DNA of 64,000 bases from Deltaproteobacteria bacterium (GTDB lineage: Bacteria > Myxococcota_A > UBA9160 > SMWR01): NCBI GenBank assembly GCA_032128375.1, contig JAQBGU010000063.1:1-64000 (forward strand), in the 5' to 3' direction. Positions 10,138 to 19,122 of this stretch are shown here, piece after piece. The translations under genes were made by a program, and so were the position numbers. The notes under the pieces are model-generated. The model ran no database searches. It saw nothing but the letters and a program-made list of their open reading frames with translations, and was not told the origin of the DNA. Position 1 is the first letter of the stretch; every line of letters starts with the position of its first letter.

Positions 10138-13100
10138 ATCTCCTCGAACTCGTGCGCGACGTGCGGCGCCATCTCGAAGAAAATGGCCGTCTGTCGCTGC
10201 GCATGCTGCAGCGACAGTTCGAGCTCGACGACGAAACACTCGACGAGGTGATCGAGGAACTGGTCGACGTGCAGCGTATCGCCGTGCGCGAGGAGCGCGT
10301 GCTGGTCTGGTCAGGAGCGCCTGCGGGCCCGATGGCCCCTGCACTCACGACGCCAACCGCAACAACGGAACGCGACCCTCGCGCGTACACCCCGAAGCAC
10401 CTCGCCGACAAGATCCTGCAATCGAAGTCTGCGATCGAAGGCGAGCGCAAGCAGGTGACGGTGCTGTTCGCCGACGTGAAGGGCTCGATGGACCTGGCCG
10501 AGCAGATCGACGCGGAGCGCTGGCACCGGATCCTGGAACGATTCTTCCAGATCTTGACCGAGGGTGTGCACCGCTTCGAGGGCTCGGTCAACCAGTACAC
10601 CGGTGACGGCATCATGGCGCTGTTCGGTGCGCCGATCGCACACGAAGACCACGCTCAGCGCGCTTGTTATGCGGCGCTGCGGCTGCGCGAGGAGTTGCGA
10701 CGCTACTCCGACCAGCTGCGGCTCGAGCAAGGCCTCGACTTCGCGTTCCGCATGGGGATCAACTCCGGCGACGTCGTCGTGGGCAAGATCGGCGACGACC
10801 TGCGTATGGACTACACCGCACAGGGACACACTGTCGGGCTCGCTGCGCGCATGGAAGGCGTGGCGCCGCCGAACGGTGTCTGCATCAGCGAGGCGACCGC
10901 CAAGCTGGTGACCGGCTACGTGTCACTGCGCGATCTGGGCGCCTCGAATATCAAGGGCGCGAGCGAACCGGTGAACGTCTTCGAACTCGAAGGCATGGGC
11001 GAGATCCAGACGCGCTTCGACCTGTCGCGCTCGCGCGGCCTTACGCGCTTCGTCGGCCGCGACGACGACATGGCGGTCCTCCAGCAGGCGCTCGAGCAGG
11101 CGCGGCACGGAAACGGTCAGGTGGTCGGTGTCGTCGCGCAGGCGGGCACCGGCAAGAGCCGACTCTGCTTCGAGTTCGCCGAGCGCTGCCGTGCGAACGG
11201 ATTGACGCTGCTTGCCGGCTCCGGCGTTGCCCACGGCAAGAACATCCCGTTGCTCCCGATCTTGCAGATCTTCCGACAGTACTTCGGCATCGGAGAGCGA
11301 GACGGCGATCGGTTGGCGCGCGAGAAGATTGCGGGCCGCTTGCTGCTGATCGACGAGAGCTTCCGCGAGTTCCTGCCGGTGGTGTTCGACTTTCTGGCGG
11401 TTCCCGATCCGGAACGGCCGGCGCCGGCGATGGACCCCGAAGCGCGCCAGCGTCAGCTCTTCGGCGTGATGCGTAAAGTGTTCGCACAGGGCGAGAACGT
11501 CGCCGTCAACCTGGTCGAGGATCTGCACTGGATCGACGCGGGCAGCGAAGCCTGGGTCGAGCAGATGGTCGACGCGGCCTTGGGGTCGAAGACGCTGCTC
11601 GTCGTGAACTTCCGGCCCGAGTATCACGCTGCATGGATGCAGAAGTCGTGGTACCGGCAGCTCCCACTGCTGCCGCTCGGGCCCGAGGCGATTCGCGAGC
11701 TGCTCGGGGATCTGCTCGGCAGCGACCCGAGTACAAGCGGACTCGCGGACATGGTGCACGAACGCACGGCCGGCAATCCCTTCTTCGCAGAAGAGATCAT
11801 CCAGACACTGATCGAGTCTGGCAGTCTCGAGGGAAGGCGGGGTGCGTATCGACTCATCACCCCGATCGACCACCTGAAAGTTCCGGGTACCGTGCAGTCC
11901 GTGCTCGCCACGCGCATCGATCGGCTCGGCGAATCGGAGAAGCAGGCGCTGCAGGCGGCTTCGGTGATCGGCAAGGAGTTCGCCGAGCCGATTCTCGCGG
12001 CGGTGCTCGATTGGCCGGAGCGCGAACTCGCAGACGCGCTCCTCTCGCTCAAGAACGCTGAGTTCATCTACGAGCAGTCGCTGTACCCGGTGACCGAGTA
12101 CGCGTTCAAGCATCCGCTTACGCAGGAAGTGGCGCTCGGCTCCCAGCTCCGGGAGCGACGCGCCCGAACCCACGCCGCGGTCGCGCGCGCGCTCGAAGCG
12201 GACGCTCCGGACAAGCTCGACGAGAATGCGGCGCTGCTCGCGCACCACTGCGAGGAGGCCGGCGAGGGCGTGGCGGCTGCCCGCTGGCATCAGCGCGCAG
12301 CGGAGTGGCTGGCCGGGAGCAATGCCGTGGATGCGTACGCGCATTGGCGCCGTGTCTACGAGCTGGCCGGTGCTGCGCCCGAGGATCGCATGGCAGTGGC
12401 GCTGTCGGCGCTCGCAATCCCCACGCTGCTCAGCTCCGCCTGGCGTGTCGGCCTGACCGAGCAAGAGTGGGAGCGACTCGCGGACGAGGGGCGCGAGCTG
12501 GCCGGGCGCGTCGGTGATCGGCGCCTGCTGTTCAACATCGAGAACGGTCTTACGTCGGTGCGCACTCTGTGCGGCGACGTGTGCGACGCCGTCGAACCAT
12601 CGCGGCGCAGTGTCGAGCTCGCCGAGGAGCTGGGAGATCTGGAGTCCCGTGTGCTGGCTGCCGGCTCGGCCTGCGAAATCCTGTGGTTCAGGGGCGAGTA
12701 CCCCGAGGCGCTGCGCGCCTCGGTGGTGGTGGAGGAGATGGCTCGCGCCGATCTCAGCATCGGCGTCGCGCTGTCGGGGTTATCGCTCGGGAACTGGTCG
12801 ATCGCACGCCAGGGCTACATCCTTGCGTCGATGGGACGCCCCCAAGAGGCGAGCGCCCGGTTCGAGCGCGCCGAGCCGTACATGCGAGAGCACGGCGAGT
12901 TCGATTCGCTGAGCCTGCTCAGCGGCTTTCGGGCGGAGGTGGCCTGGTTTTGCGGGGTGACCGACACCGCATTCCACCAGGCGCGACAGGCGATCGAGTT
13001 CGCGGAGAGAACGGGCAGTCCCTTCTCCAGGGTGTATGCGCTCTCGGGCCTCGGCCTCGCCCATCTCGCGGCGGGCCATCCGAACGAAGCGCGAGAAGTG

Positions 13101-13541
13101 CTGGACGAGGCCGTCGCGTTGTGCCGCGGGCGACAAGTCATGCGTATGTACCTCGCCTCTCTGCTCGGCTCGCTCGCGGAATCGCACTTACGCACAGGCG
13201 ACCTCGAGTGTGCCCTCGCGCTCAGCGAAGAGGGAACCGCCTACGCGCTGCGGGCGGGCACAGCCGTCAACGGGCTGCACGCGGAACGGGTCGTGGCAGC
13301 GACGCGAATCGCACGCGGCGAGTCCCGCGAAGCCGCCGGAAGTCTCGACCGCTGCGACGCGCTCGTACAGTCGACCCACGCCGCGGCCTATGCTCCCTTC
13401 GTCGCCGAGCTGCGCGCCCGCCTCGCAGCAGCGCAGGGGGAGGACGCGACCGAACGGTTGCAAGAGGCACAGCGGCAATTCGCGTCCGTCGGCGCCAACG
13501 GTCACGCGGACCGCCTTGCGCGGGAGCTTGGCGCCCGATGA
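10134..13541 (+). CDS. HTH-like N-terminal domain - class III cyclase - STAND/AAA ATPase - TPR-like protein, copy D
   Basis: About 60-aa Cys-free N-terminal domain (GRLSLRMLQRQFELDDETLDEVIEEL); FADVKGS, NQYTGDG, GHTVGLAARME; AQAGTGKS; LVEDLHWID. Confidence 0.92.
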   Translation: MNLLELVRDVRRHLEENGRLSLRMLQRQFELDDETLDEVIEELVDVQRIAVREERVLVWSGAPAGPMAPALTTPTATTERDPRAYTPKHLADKILQSKSAIEGERKQVTVLFADVKGSMDLAEQIDAERWHRILERFFQILTEGVHRFEGSVNQYTGDGIMALFGAPIAHEDHAQRACYAALRLREELRRYSDQLRLEQGLDFAFRMGINSGDVVVGKIGDDLRMDYTAQGHTVGLAARMEGVAPPNGVCISEATAKLVTGYVSLRDLGASNIKGASEPVNVFELEGMGEIQTRFDLSRSRGLTRFVGRDDDMAVLQQALEQARHGNGQVVGVVAQAGTGKSRLCFEFAERCRANGLTLLAGSGVAHGKNIPLLPILQIFRQYFGIGERDGDRLAREKIAGRLLLIDESFREFLPVVFDFLAVPDPERPAPAMDPEARQRQLFGVMRKVFAQGENVAVNLVEDLHWIDAGSEAWVEQMVDAALGSKTLLVVNFRPEYHAAWMQKSWYRQLPLLPLGPEAIRELLGDLLGSDPSTSGLADMVHERTAGNPFFAEEIIQTLIESGSLEGRRGAYRLITPIDHLKVPGTVQSVLATRIDRLGESEKQALQAASVIGKEFAEPILAAVLDWPERELADALLSLKNAEFIYEQSLYPVTEYAFKHPLTQEVALGSQLRERRARTHAAVARALEADAPDKLDENAALLAHHCEEAGEGVAAARWHQRAAEWLAGSNAVDAYAHWRRVYELAGAAPEDRMAVALSALAIPTLLSSAWRVGLTEQEWERLADEGRELAGRVGDRRLLFNIENGLTSVRTLCGDVCDAVEPSRRSVELAEELGDLESRVLAAGSACEILWFRGEYPEALRASVVVEEMARADLSIGVALSGLSLGNWSIARQGYILASMGRPQEASARFERAEPYMREHGEFDSLSLLSGFRAEVAWFCGVTDTAFHQARQAIEFAERTGSPFSRVYALSGLGLAHLAAGHPNEAREVLDEAVALCRGRQVMRMYLASLLGSLAESHLRTGDLECALALSEEGTAYALRAGTAVNGLHAERVVAATRIARGESREAAGSLDRCDALVQSTHAAAYAPFVAELRARLAAAQGEDATERLQEAQRQFASVGANGHADRLARELGAR

Positions 13542-13838
13542 ACTTCTCCCGGCTGCAGCCACGAAAATCGCGATGGCGCGAGGATCTGCGGGATGAACGT
13601 CTCGTCCTCCAGTGGGGCGCTATCCGAGTCGAATCCAAATCTGCAAATCCTGAACGGCGAGGTCACGCACAGCGCGCCAATCCCGGCCGCATCTGACCAC
13701 TGCGGCGACGTCGTCAGCTGGACCGTACCGAGCGCGACTGCCTCCGCGACGCTGTTCGCGGCGGGCTATGCGAAGCCCGGCGGCACATCGAAGGCGAACA
13801 TCCTGGTCAGCCCAGCGTCTTTCGCTTCAACCCGCTGA
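13538..13838 (+). pseudogene. Zinc-ribbon start remnant fused to a fragment resembling a choice-of-anchor V/reeler-like domain
   Basis: ATGA overlap with copy D. MN, then +1 frame PGCSHENRDGARICG, continuing as MNVSSSSGALSESNPNLQILNGEVTHSAP..SWTVPS..ATLFAAG. Confidence 0.45.
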
Positions 13839-13947
13839 ACATTCCGGAGCCCGGCGCGGGCGTCAGCGCACTGATCGCACTCGCGACCATCAGCGTGCTC
13901 GCTCGGCGAAGTCAGCCGATAGGCCCGAACTGAGTTTTGGTTTGCAC

Positions 13948-14382
13948 TCAAGCGACCTCGTCGCTATCGGGTTCCGGGTGGTCGGCGCGCAGGTGGTCGC
14001 AGAAAGCGCGGCAGGCGTCGGTCGCCGTGAAGATCCCGACGAGTTTCGATTTCCGCACGACCAGGACTGAGCCGATGTGGGAGTTGGCCATCTCGTTCAG
14101 CGCGTTGTCGAGTCGCTCAGAAGTCTCCACCACGTAGGGGTCGTGAACCATCACGTCGCCCACGAACCGTTCGCTGCCAGGCGACACACCGAGCGCCGGA
14201 TCGAGCGACCGCTTCAGGTCGCGATCGCTCAGCACGCCGACGAGCTTGCTTCCCCGTTTCACCGGCAGATGGTGAACCTCGTGTTCGGCCATCATCTGAC
14301 GCGCCACCCGCAACGGCGCATCCACATCGATCGCGTACGGGAAAGGCGTCATCACAGACTGAACGGTCGGAAACTTCTTCAC
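13948..14382 (-). CDS. CBS-pair domain protein
   Basis: VQSVMTPFP, HHLPV..LVGVLSDRD, VGDVM, IGSVLV..LVGIFTATD; GAGGAG RBS before a GTG start. Confidence 0.9.
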   Translation of the reverse strand: MKKFPTVQSVMTPFPYAIDVDAPLRVARQMMAEHEVHHLPVKRGSKLVGVLSDRDLKRSLDPALGVSPGSERFVGDVMVHDPYVVETSERLDNALNEMANSHIGSVLVVRKSKLVGIFTATDACRAFCDHLRADHPEPDSDEVA

Positions 14383-14445
14383 TGGGCAGACTCCTCGACT
14401 GCGATTGTGCAAATTGCGTTGCGCGCTGTCATGTTCGTGAACGTT

Positions 14446-17130
14446 CTACGGCCTCCCTGTGTGCTTTGGCAGCGTACCGGACTGCAGTCGGCGACGTGCT
14501 CGGAGCTCGAGAAGTGCCGGCAAAAGCACCAGGTTCGCTGCGAATGTCCACAGCATGCCGATCGTCAGCAGCACACCGAGCGATGAAACGCCTCTGTGGC
14601 GCGAGATCGAGAGGGTTCCGAAGCTGGCGACCGTAGTGACGGCACTGAGCGCAACGGCACGAGCGGTCGTGCTGTGGAGCATGGCCTTCGTGTCGCCGCC
14701 CAGTTCGCTTGCCCGTTGCACCATGTGAATCCCGCTGTCCACCCCGATGCCGAGCAGCAAGGGCAGCACGATCACGTTGGCGAAGTTGAAGGAGACCGGA
14801 AGCAGCACGGTCGACACCTGAGTCAGCAGCACCGCCAGGCATAGCGGGACCAGTGTGATCAGTGTGTCGCCGATGTTTCGCCACAAGCCCAGCAGCACCA
14901 GGGTGATCGCGATGCCAGACCACAACAGGGCGTCGCGGAGTGAGGCCCAGGTTGCGCGCGCCGATTCGACGAGGTTGACCGGCAGGCCCGTGATCTCGCT
15001 CCAGATCGGGCGCACGGCCTCGACGAAGTCGACCATCGCCTCGTGATCCCACAGGTCGTCGGCCGGATACACCTGAATCCGCGCGTGCCCGTCTTTGGCC
15101 AGCATGCGCTGTTGCAATCCGATCGGCAGTTCGTCCTGCCTGATCGCACCCACTTCGATGTTCGCGCGCAGCCGCGCAAACTGATCCGGCAGCGGGTCGA
15201 GTAGTGCGTCCGCATACGCGCGGACTTTCGCGGAATCGCTGGATGCGGAGACGTAGGGATCGAGAGATTCGCGCAGTGCCCGAATGCTCTCGCTGAGCGC
15301 TGAATCGGACGCGATCGGCTCGGTCGCCAGAAAATCGCGGAGCTGTCGCAGCGCCCCGACCTGCTCCTCGGCCGAAACTTTTCTGCGGGTCACCTGCTCC
15401 GGGAGCGCGAGAAAGAGTGCTGTGTCGGCGAGCAGTTCGAGCTTGTCCTGCTGGTCGCTGGGTACGAAGTCCGTCAGGGTCACCACTTCGTCGACCTGCG
15501 GGAGCTCGCGCATGTCGTCCGCAAGCGCAGTGGCGCGTTCGAGCGAAGGTGCGAGTGCGTCCAGAAACCACGGAGTCGTCGCTTGGGACTCGAGCAAATC
15601 CTTGAAGGCCTGCACCGATTCGGTCTCCGGATTTCGAAACGAGATCACGTTGGTGTCGAGGTCGACGCGGGGCAGCAGTAGGGCCACACCGATCGCAAGT
15701 ACGCCGGCGACCGCGCAGACCAGGCCCGGGTGACCCAGGGCGGGAAGCCCGAATGCCGCTGTCTGATCTCGCCGGCCGAGTCGCTCGAGTGCGCTCGGGC
15801 CGACGATCAGTCGCAGCAGGGCTGGGAACAGCGTGAGGGTCTGCAACAAGATGGCGAGCATGCCGCCGGCTGCCGCGACCCCCAGGTCTGACACACCGCG
15901 GTAGTCCGTTGGCGCGAAGGCGAGAAAGCCCAGCCCGGTGGTGGTGGCGCACAGGACCAGCGCGCTGCCCGTTTCTCGGGTAGCGCGAAGCAGTGCGCCA
16001 TTGGGCGTCTTCTCGGTCACCGCCGCATCGACGAAGTGCATGCCCAGGTGAATCATGAAATCGATACCAAGCCCGACCACGAGCACGCCAAAAGTGATCG
16101 ATATCGGGTTCAGGTCGCGCACGGCGGCCGCCGAGAAGGCAGCGGACCAGACGATTCCCACGATCAACGTGAGCGCGGCCGCGGCCACCAGCCGCACGGA
16201 TCGGAACGCATACAGTAAGACCAGCACAACCAGTAGGAAGGAGAGTGCGCCCGCGACCGCCGTGTCCTTCGCAAGGCCCAGCATTTCTTCATGATTCAAC
16301 GCCGGATAGCCCGTGATGCGCACGCTTGCGCCGAGCGCCGGACCGAGCTCCAACTGGTCGACGGTCGCGCGCACCGCATCGATCGCTCGTTCCGCACCCA
16401 GCACCCTCTCCATGTCGAGGATCGGATCGACGACGATCACACTACGCGTCGACGGCTCGATCCCAGCGGCCGAAACCAACAGCTCTTCCCATGAATGAGC
16501 AGAGCGATCTCCCGCCTGGATTGCGTCGGCCACCTCGCGCAGGTGGTCGAGTACCGTCGGCCAGCCTTCGCTGTCGGACACGTCGACGTCGTCCTGTTCG
16601 AGACCGAGTTGGATCACGTCGGCGAGGGTCGGAAGGCTGAGATTGTGCGCGAGTTCGCCGAGCACGGGTTGCAGGAGCGCCATGTGGTCGGCGAAGTTGT
16701 CGAGATCGTCGAGGCTCCCATAGAGCAAACCGTGGCGCTCGAAGAAGCGGTCCTCGCCGGGCTGAAAGGCGCGTAAGAAGACCTCGCGTTGCGAGTCGAG
16801 CGCGGGCAGCAGGCGCGCCGCGGCTTCGCGGGTGGCTTCTGGTGTCGGACCGTCCACCACCACCAGCAGCGAATTGGTGAGCACCGGAAAGTATTCCGAG
16901 AAGCGCACGATGGCCTTCTGGAAGCGCAGATCGGCCGAGAAGAGCGCGTTCGGGTCCACATTGAAGCTGAGGTTGCGAGCGGCGTAGACGCCGAGCCCAG
17001 CGGTGATCAGCAGCATCACGACCACGGTCAGGGTCGCGCGACGCGCGGTGGCCTCCACCCAGCCGATCAGCAGGCGATCTAGCAGTCGAGAGTCGCTCGG
17101 GAGGGGATCGGCGGGCATTCGCTCAGCCAC
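14446..17130 (-). CDS. MMPL/RND transporter, HpnN (hopanoid/sterol-associated) type
   Basis: 894 aa with two RND repeats; GLGIDFMIH, LLLGIGVDSGIH, TDYRGVSDLG, FFERHGLLY. Confidence 0.85.
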   Translation of the reverse strand: MAERMPADPLPSDSRLLDRLLIGWVEATARRATLTVVVMLLITAGLGVYAARNLSFNVDPNALFSADLRFQKAIVRFSEYFPVLTNSLLVVVDGPTPEATREAAARLLPALDSQREVFLRAFQPGEDRFFERHGLLYGSLDDLDNFADHMALLQPVLGELAHNLSLPTLADVIQLGLEQDDVDVSDSEGWPTVLDHLREVADAIQAGDRSAHSWEELLVSAAGIEPSTRSVIVVDPILDMERVLGAERAIDAVRATVDQLELGPALGASVRITGYPALNHEEMLGLAKDTAVAGALSFLLVVLVLLYAFRSVRLVAAAALTLIVGIVWSAAFSAAAVRDLNPISITFGVLVVGLGIDFMIHLGMHFVDAAVTEKTPNGALLRATRETGSALVLCATTTGLGFLAFAPTDYRGVSDLGVAAAGGMLAILLQTLTLFPALLRLIVGPSALERLGRRDQTAAFGLPALGHPGLVCAVAGVLAIGVALLLPRVDLDTNVISFRNPETESVQAFKDLLESQATTPWFLDALAPSLERATALADDMRELPQVDEVVTLTDFVPSDQQDKLELLADTALFLALPEQVTRRKVSAEEQVGALRQLRDFLATEPIASDSALSESIRALRESLDPYVSASSDSAKVRAYADALLDPLPDQFARLRANIEVGAIRQDELPIGLQQRMLAKDGHARIQVYPADDLWDHEAMVDFVEAVRPIWSEITGLPVNLVESARATWASLRDALLWSGIAITLVLLGLWRNIGDTLITLVPLCLAVLLTQVSTVLLPVSFNFANVIVLPLLLGIGVDSGIHMVQRASELGGDTKAMLHSTTARAVALSAVTTVASFGTLSISRHRGVSSLGVLLTIGMLWTFAANLVLLPALLELRARRRLQSGTLPKHTGRP

Positions 17131-17163
17131 ACGATTGCCCGTAGCTCCGGGAACGGGGTGGGT

Positions 17164-18201
17164 TCACACGAAGTCCGCGCTCGATTCTCCAGCTGCTTCG
17201 ACCCGAGGCTCCGTTTGGAGTTCCCGGTCGGCGTCCAATTCGGGGTAGAACTGACGGCACCAGCGGCGGTAGCTCGCGATGGCTCCCTCGCTCTTGGCGA
17301 GCGACGGACGCACGAGGTGGCGCTTGTGACGCCAGACCGCGATGTCCTGGGCGACTTCGTTGCACAACATCCGGATCGCGACAAAACGGGTGACGCGAGA
17401 GAGCGGCTTGAACTGGCTCCGACACGAGGCGCCCAACACGAGGTCCACGTTCTCGGCGTCGACGGGAATCGGCAGCACGAAGAGTCGAATGTCGGTAGCG
17501 AACTCCGGGATATGGCCGTCGACCTGCGAATAGCCGAGTCCGCGCGCGGTGACATCAAAGTGCACGGTCATGGTGACCTTTGGCAGCAGAGTCTTTTGAA
17601 TCGATCTGCGGATTCCGTACTGCGCACGGAGCACGGGCCCGTCGAGTTCGATTTCGCCACCCGTGTTGGCGGCTGGAAAGCCGTGTGTGTTGAGGAAGTG
17701 CCCATAATCGACGCTGTTTTCGGTTGTCTCCTGGGGATGGCCCGGGAACGAGAAGCGCCTCCACGCGATCGCGTTGAAGCCGGTCCCGGGTAGCGGCGGA
17801 ACTTCCCATGCTGGCTGTCTTGCCGCCGCGTCGTGCCAGATGAGGATCATCCCACTCTGCTCGCGCACCGTCCATTGCGAAAGTGACGCCCTGGGCGGTT
17901 TGTCTCCGTAAGCGGTGCGCACGCACTGGCCGGCGAGCCCGTAGCTGAAGCCGTGGAACTGGCAGGTGAGCTCCTCGCCGTGGATGCGTCCCTGGTATCC
18001 GAGGTGCGCCCCCATGTGAGGACAGAACGCGTCGACCACCCGAACCGCGCCAGCCTGGGTGCGATACATCGCGAGATCGCGATCGAAGTAGCGACGCGGA
18101 ACAATCTGTCCGGGTCGCAGCTCCTCGCTCATTGCGATGACGAACCAACCGGTCGGAATGGCCGGGAAGGGAAATTGATTCTCTGCCGATTCGCTCGCCA
18201 A
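17164..18201 (-). CDS. Rieske [2Fe-2S] oxygenase, KshA/neverland/SdmA-like (probable sterol substrate)
   Basis: CPHMGAHL..CQFHG Rieske motif; ENSVDYGHFLNTH mononuclear iron motif; QDIAVWRHK..YRRWCRQFY tail. Confidence 0.85.
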   Translation of the reverse strand: MASESAENQFPFPAIPTGWFVIAMSEELRPGQIVPRRYFDRDLAMYRTQAGAVRVVDAFCPHMGAHLGYQGRIHGEELTCQFHGFSYGLAGQCVRTAYGDKPPRASLSQWTVREQSGMILIWHDAAARQPAWEVPPLPGTGFNAIAWRRFSFPGHPQETTENSVDYGHFLNTHGFPAANTGGEIELDGPVLRAQYGIRRSIQKTLLPKVTMTVHFDVTARGLGYSQVDGHIPEFATDIRLFVLPIPVDAENVDLVLGASCRSQFKPLSRVTRFVAIRMLCNEVAQDIAVWRHKRHLVRPSLAKSEGAIASYRRWCRQFYPELDADRELQTEPRVEAAGESSADFV

Positions 18202-18211
18202 GCCTTTCTCC

Positions 18212-18274
18212 TTTCCGTTATCCGCTTTCCGTTATCCGCTTGCCACTTTCCGCTTGCCGCTTGCCGCTTTCCGC
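18212..18274. repeat. Degenerate heptamer tandem repeat, 9 units
   Basis: tttccgt tatccgc tttccgt tatccgc ttgccac tttccgc ttgccgc ttgccgc tttccgc. Confidence 0.85.
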
Positions 18275-19122
18275 GCCAACCGCAGCGAGGCGACATCAGG
18301 TCTGCGCGGCCCATGCTGCGCGCCACACACCTCCGAGAGATGGCGAGTGGGCGGCCATTATAGGAAAACGAAATGCCAGCGCTGCCATACTGGAGAAGCG
18401 TCGCGACAGCCTAGCGAATCGGGAACAGACCCATGAGCCCGGCCTCGAAACGGCGGCTCATGGACCCGATCGCGCGTCGCCTCGCGACCGGCCTCCTGCC
18501 CGATCCGATCCAGCTCCCGGACTCCCCATCCGGCATTCTCTTCCGCCACCACACGCCAACTGTTAGTCGCCGCGCGGTTGCGCTCGAGGAATGCACGAAC
18601 CGTCCGAGTCCAGCCAGCCAGTCTGCGAAGCCGAGACGATCCCTTGCCGCGACGCTGCACCGCAGCACGCTGCGGACGACTGCGACCATCAGCGTTGGAA
18701 ACGCTGCCAACGCACTGGTCGATGACTTCAATCAACCGGGTCGAAGCGTGCGATCCAGCGAAGCGCGCCAGTTCGAACGCCGCAAACAGACACTGAATCA
18801 GATCAGTTGCGGCATTCGCCAGCATCAATCAAGAGTTCAGCACGAGCGCACGTCAGAGTGCGATTCTCCACGCCTAGGCTTCAATTTCACGGTTCGAAGA
18901 AGGACCTACGCCTATGGGTGCACGACGATTGCCGAATCGTTCGCGGCGGCCCTTGCTCGATCCCATCTCGATCCCCATGCGCTAGTGAGATTCTCCAATG
19001 ACGGCCATCAGTTCTTCGCTGACGGGCGACACCTCCCCCAATGAGCATCCGGCGGGAAATTCTGTGTCAACATTCGATCCCCGCATCGCGCCCTGATTGA
19101 TCCGACCCAATATTATGTCGAG

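Noticed and set aside
2..13541. Diversity-generating retroelement or shufflon as the source of C-terminal variation
   Set aside because: No reverse transcriptase, recombinase, template/variable repeat pair or inverted crossover sites were seen in the window.
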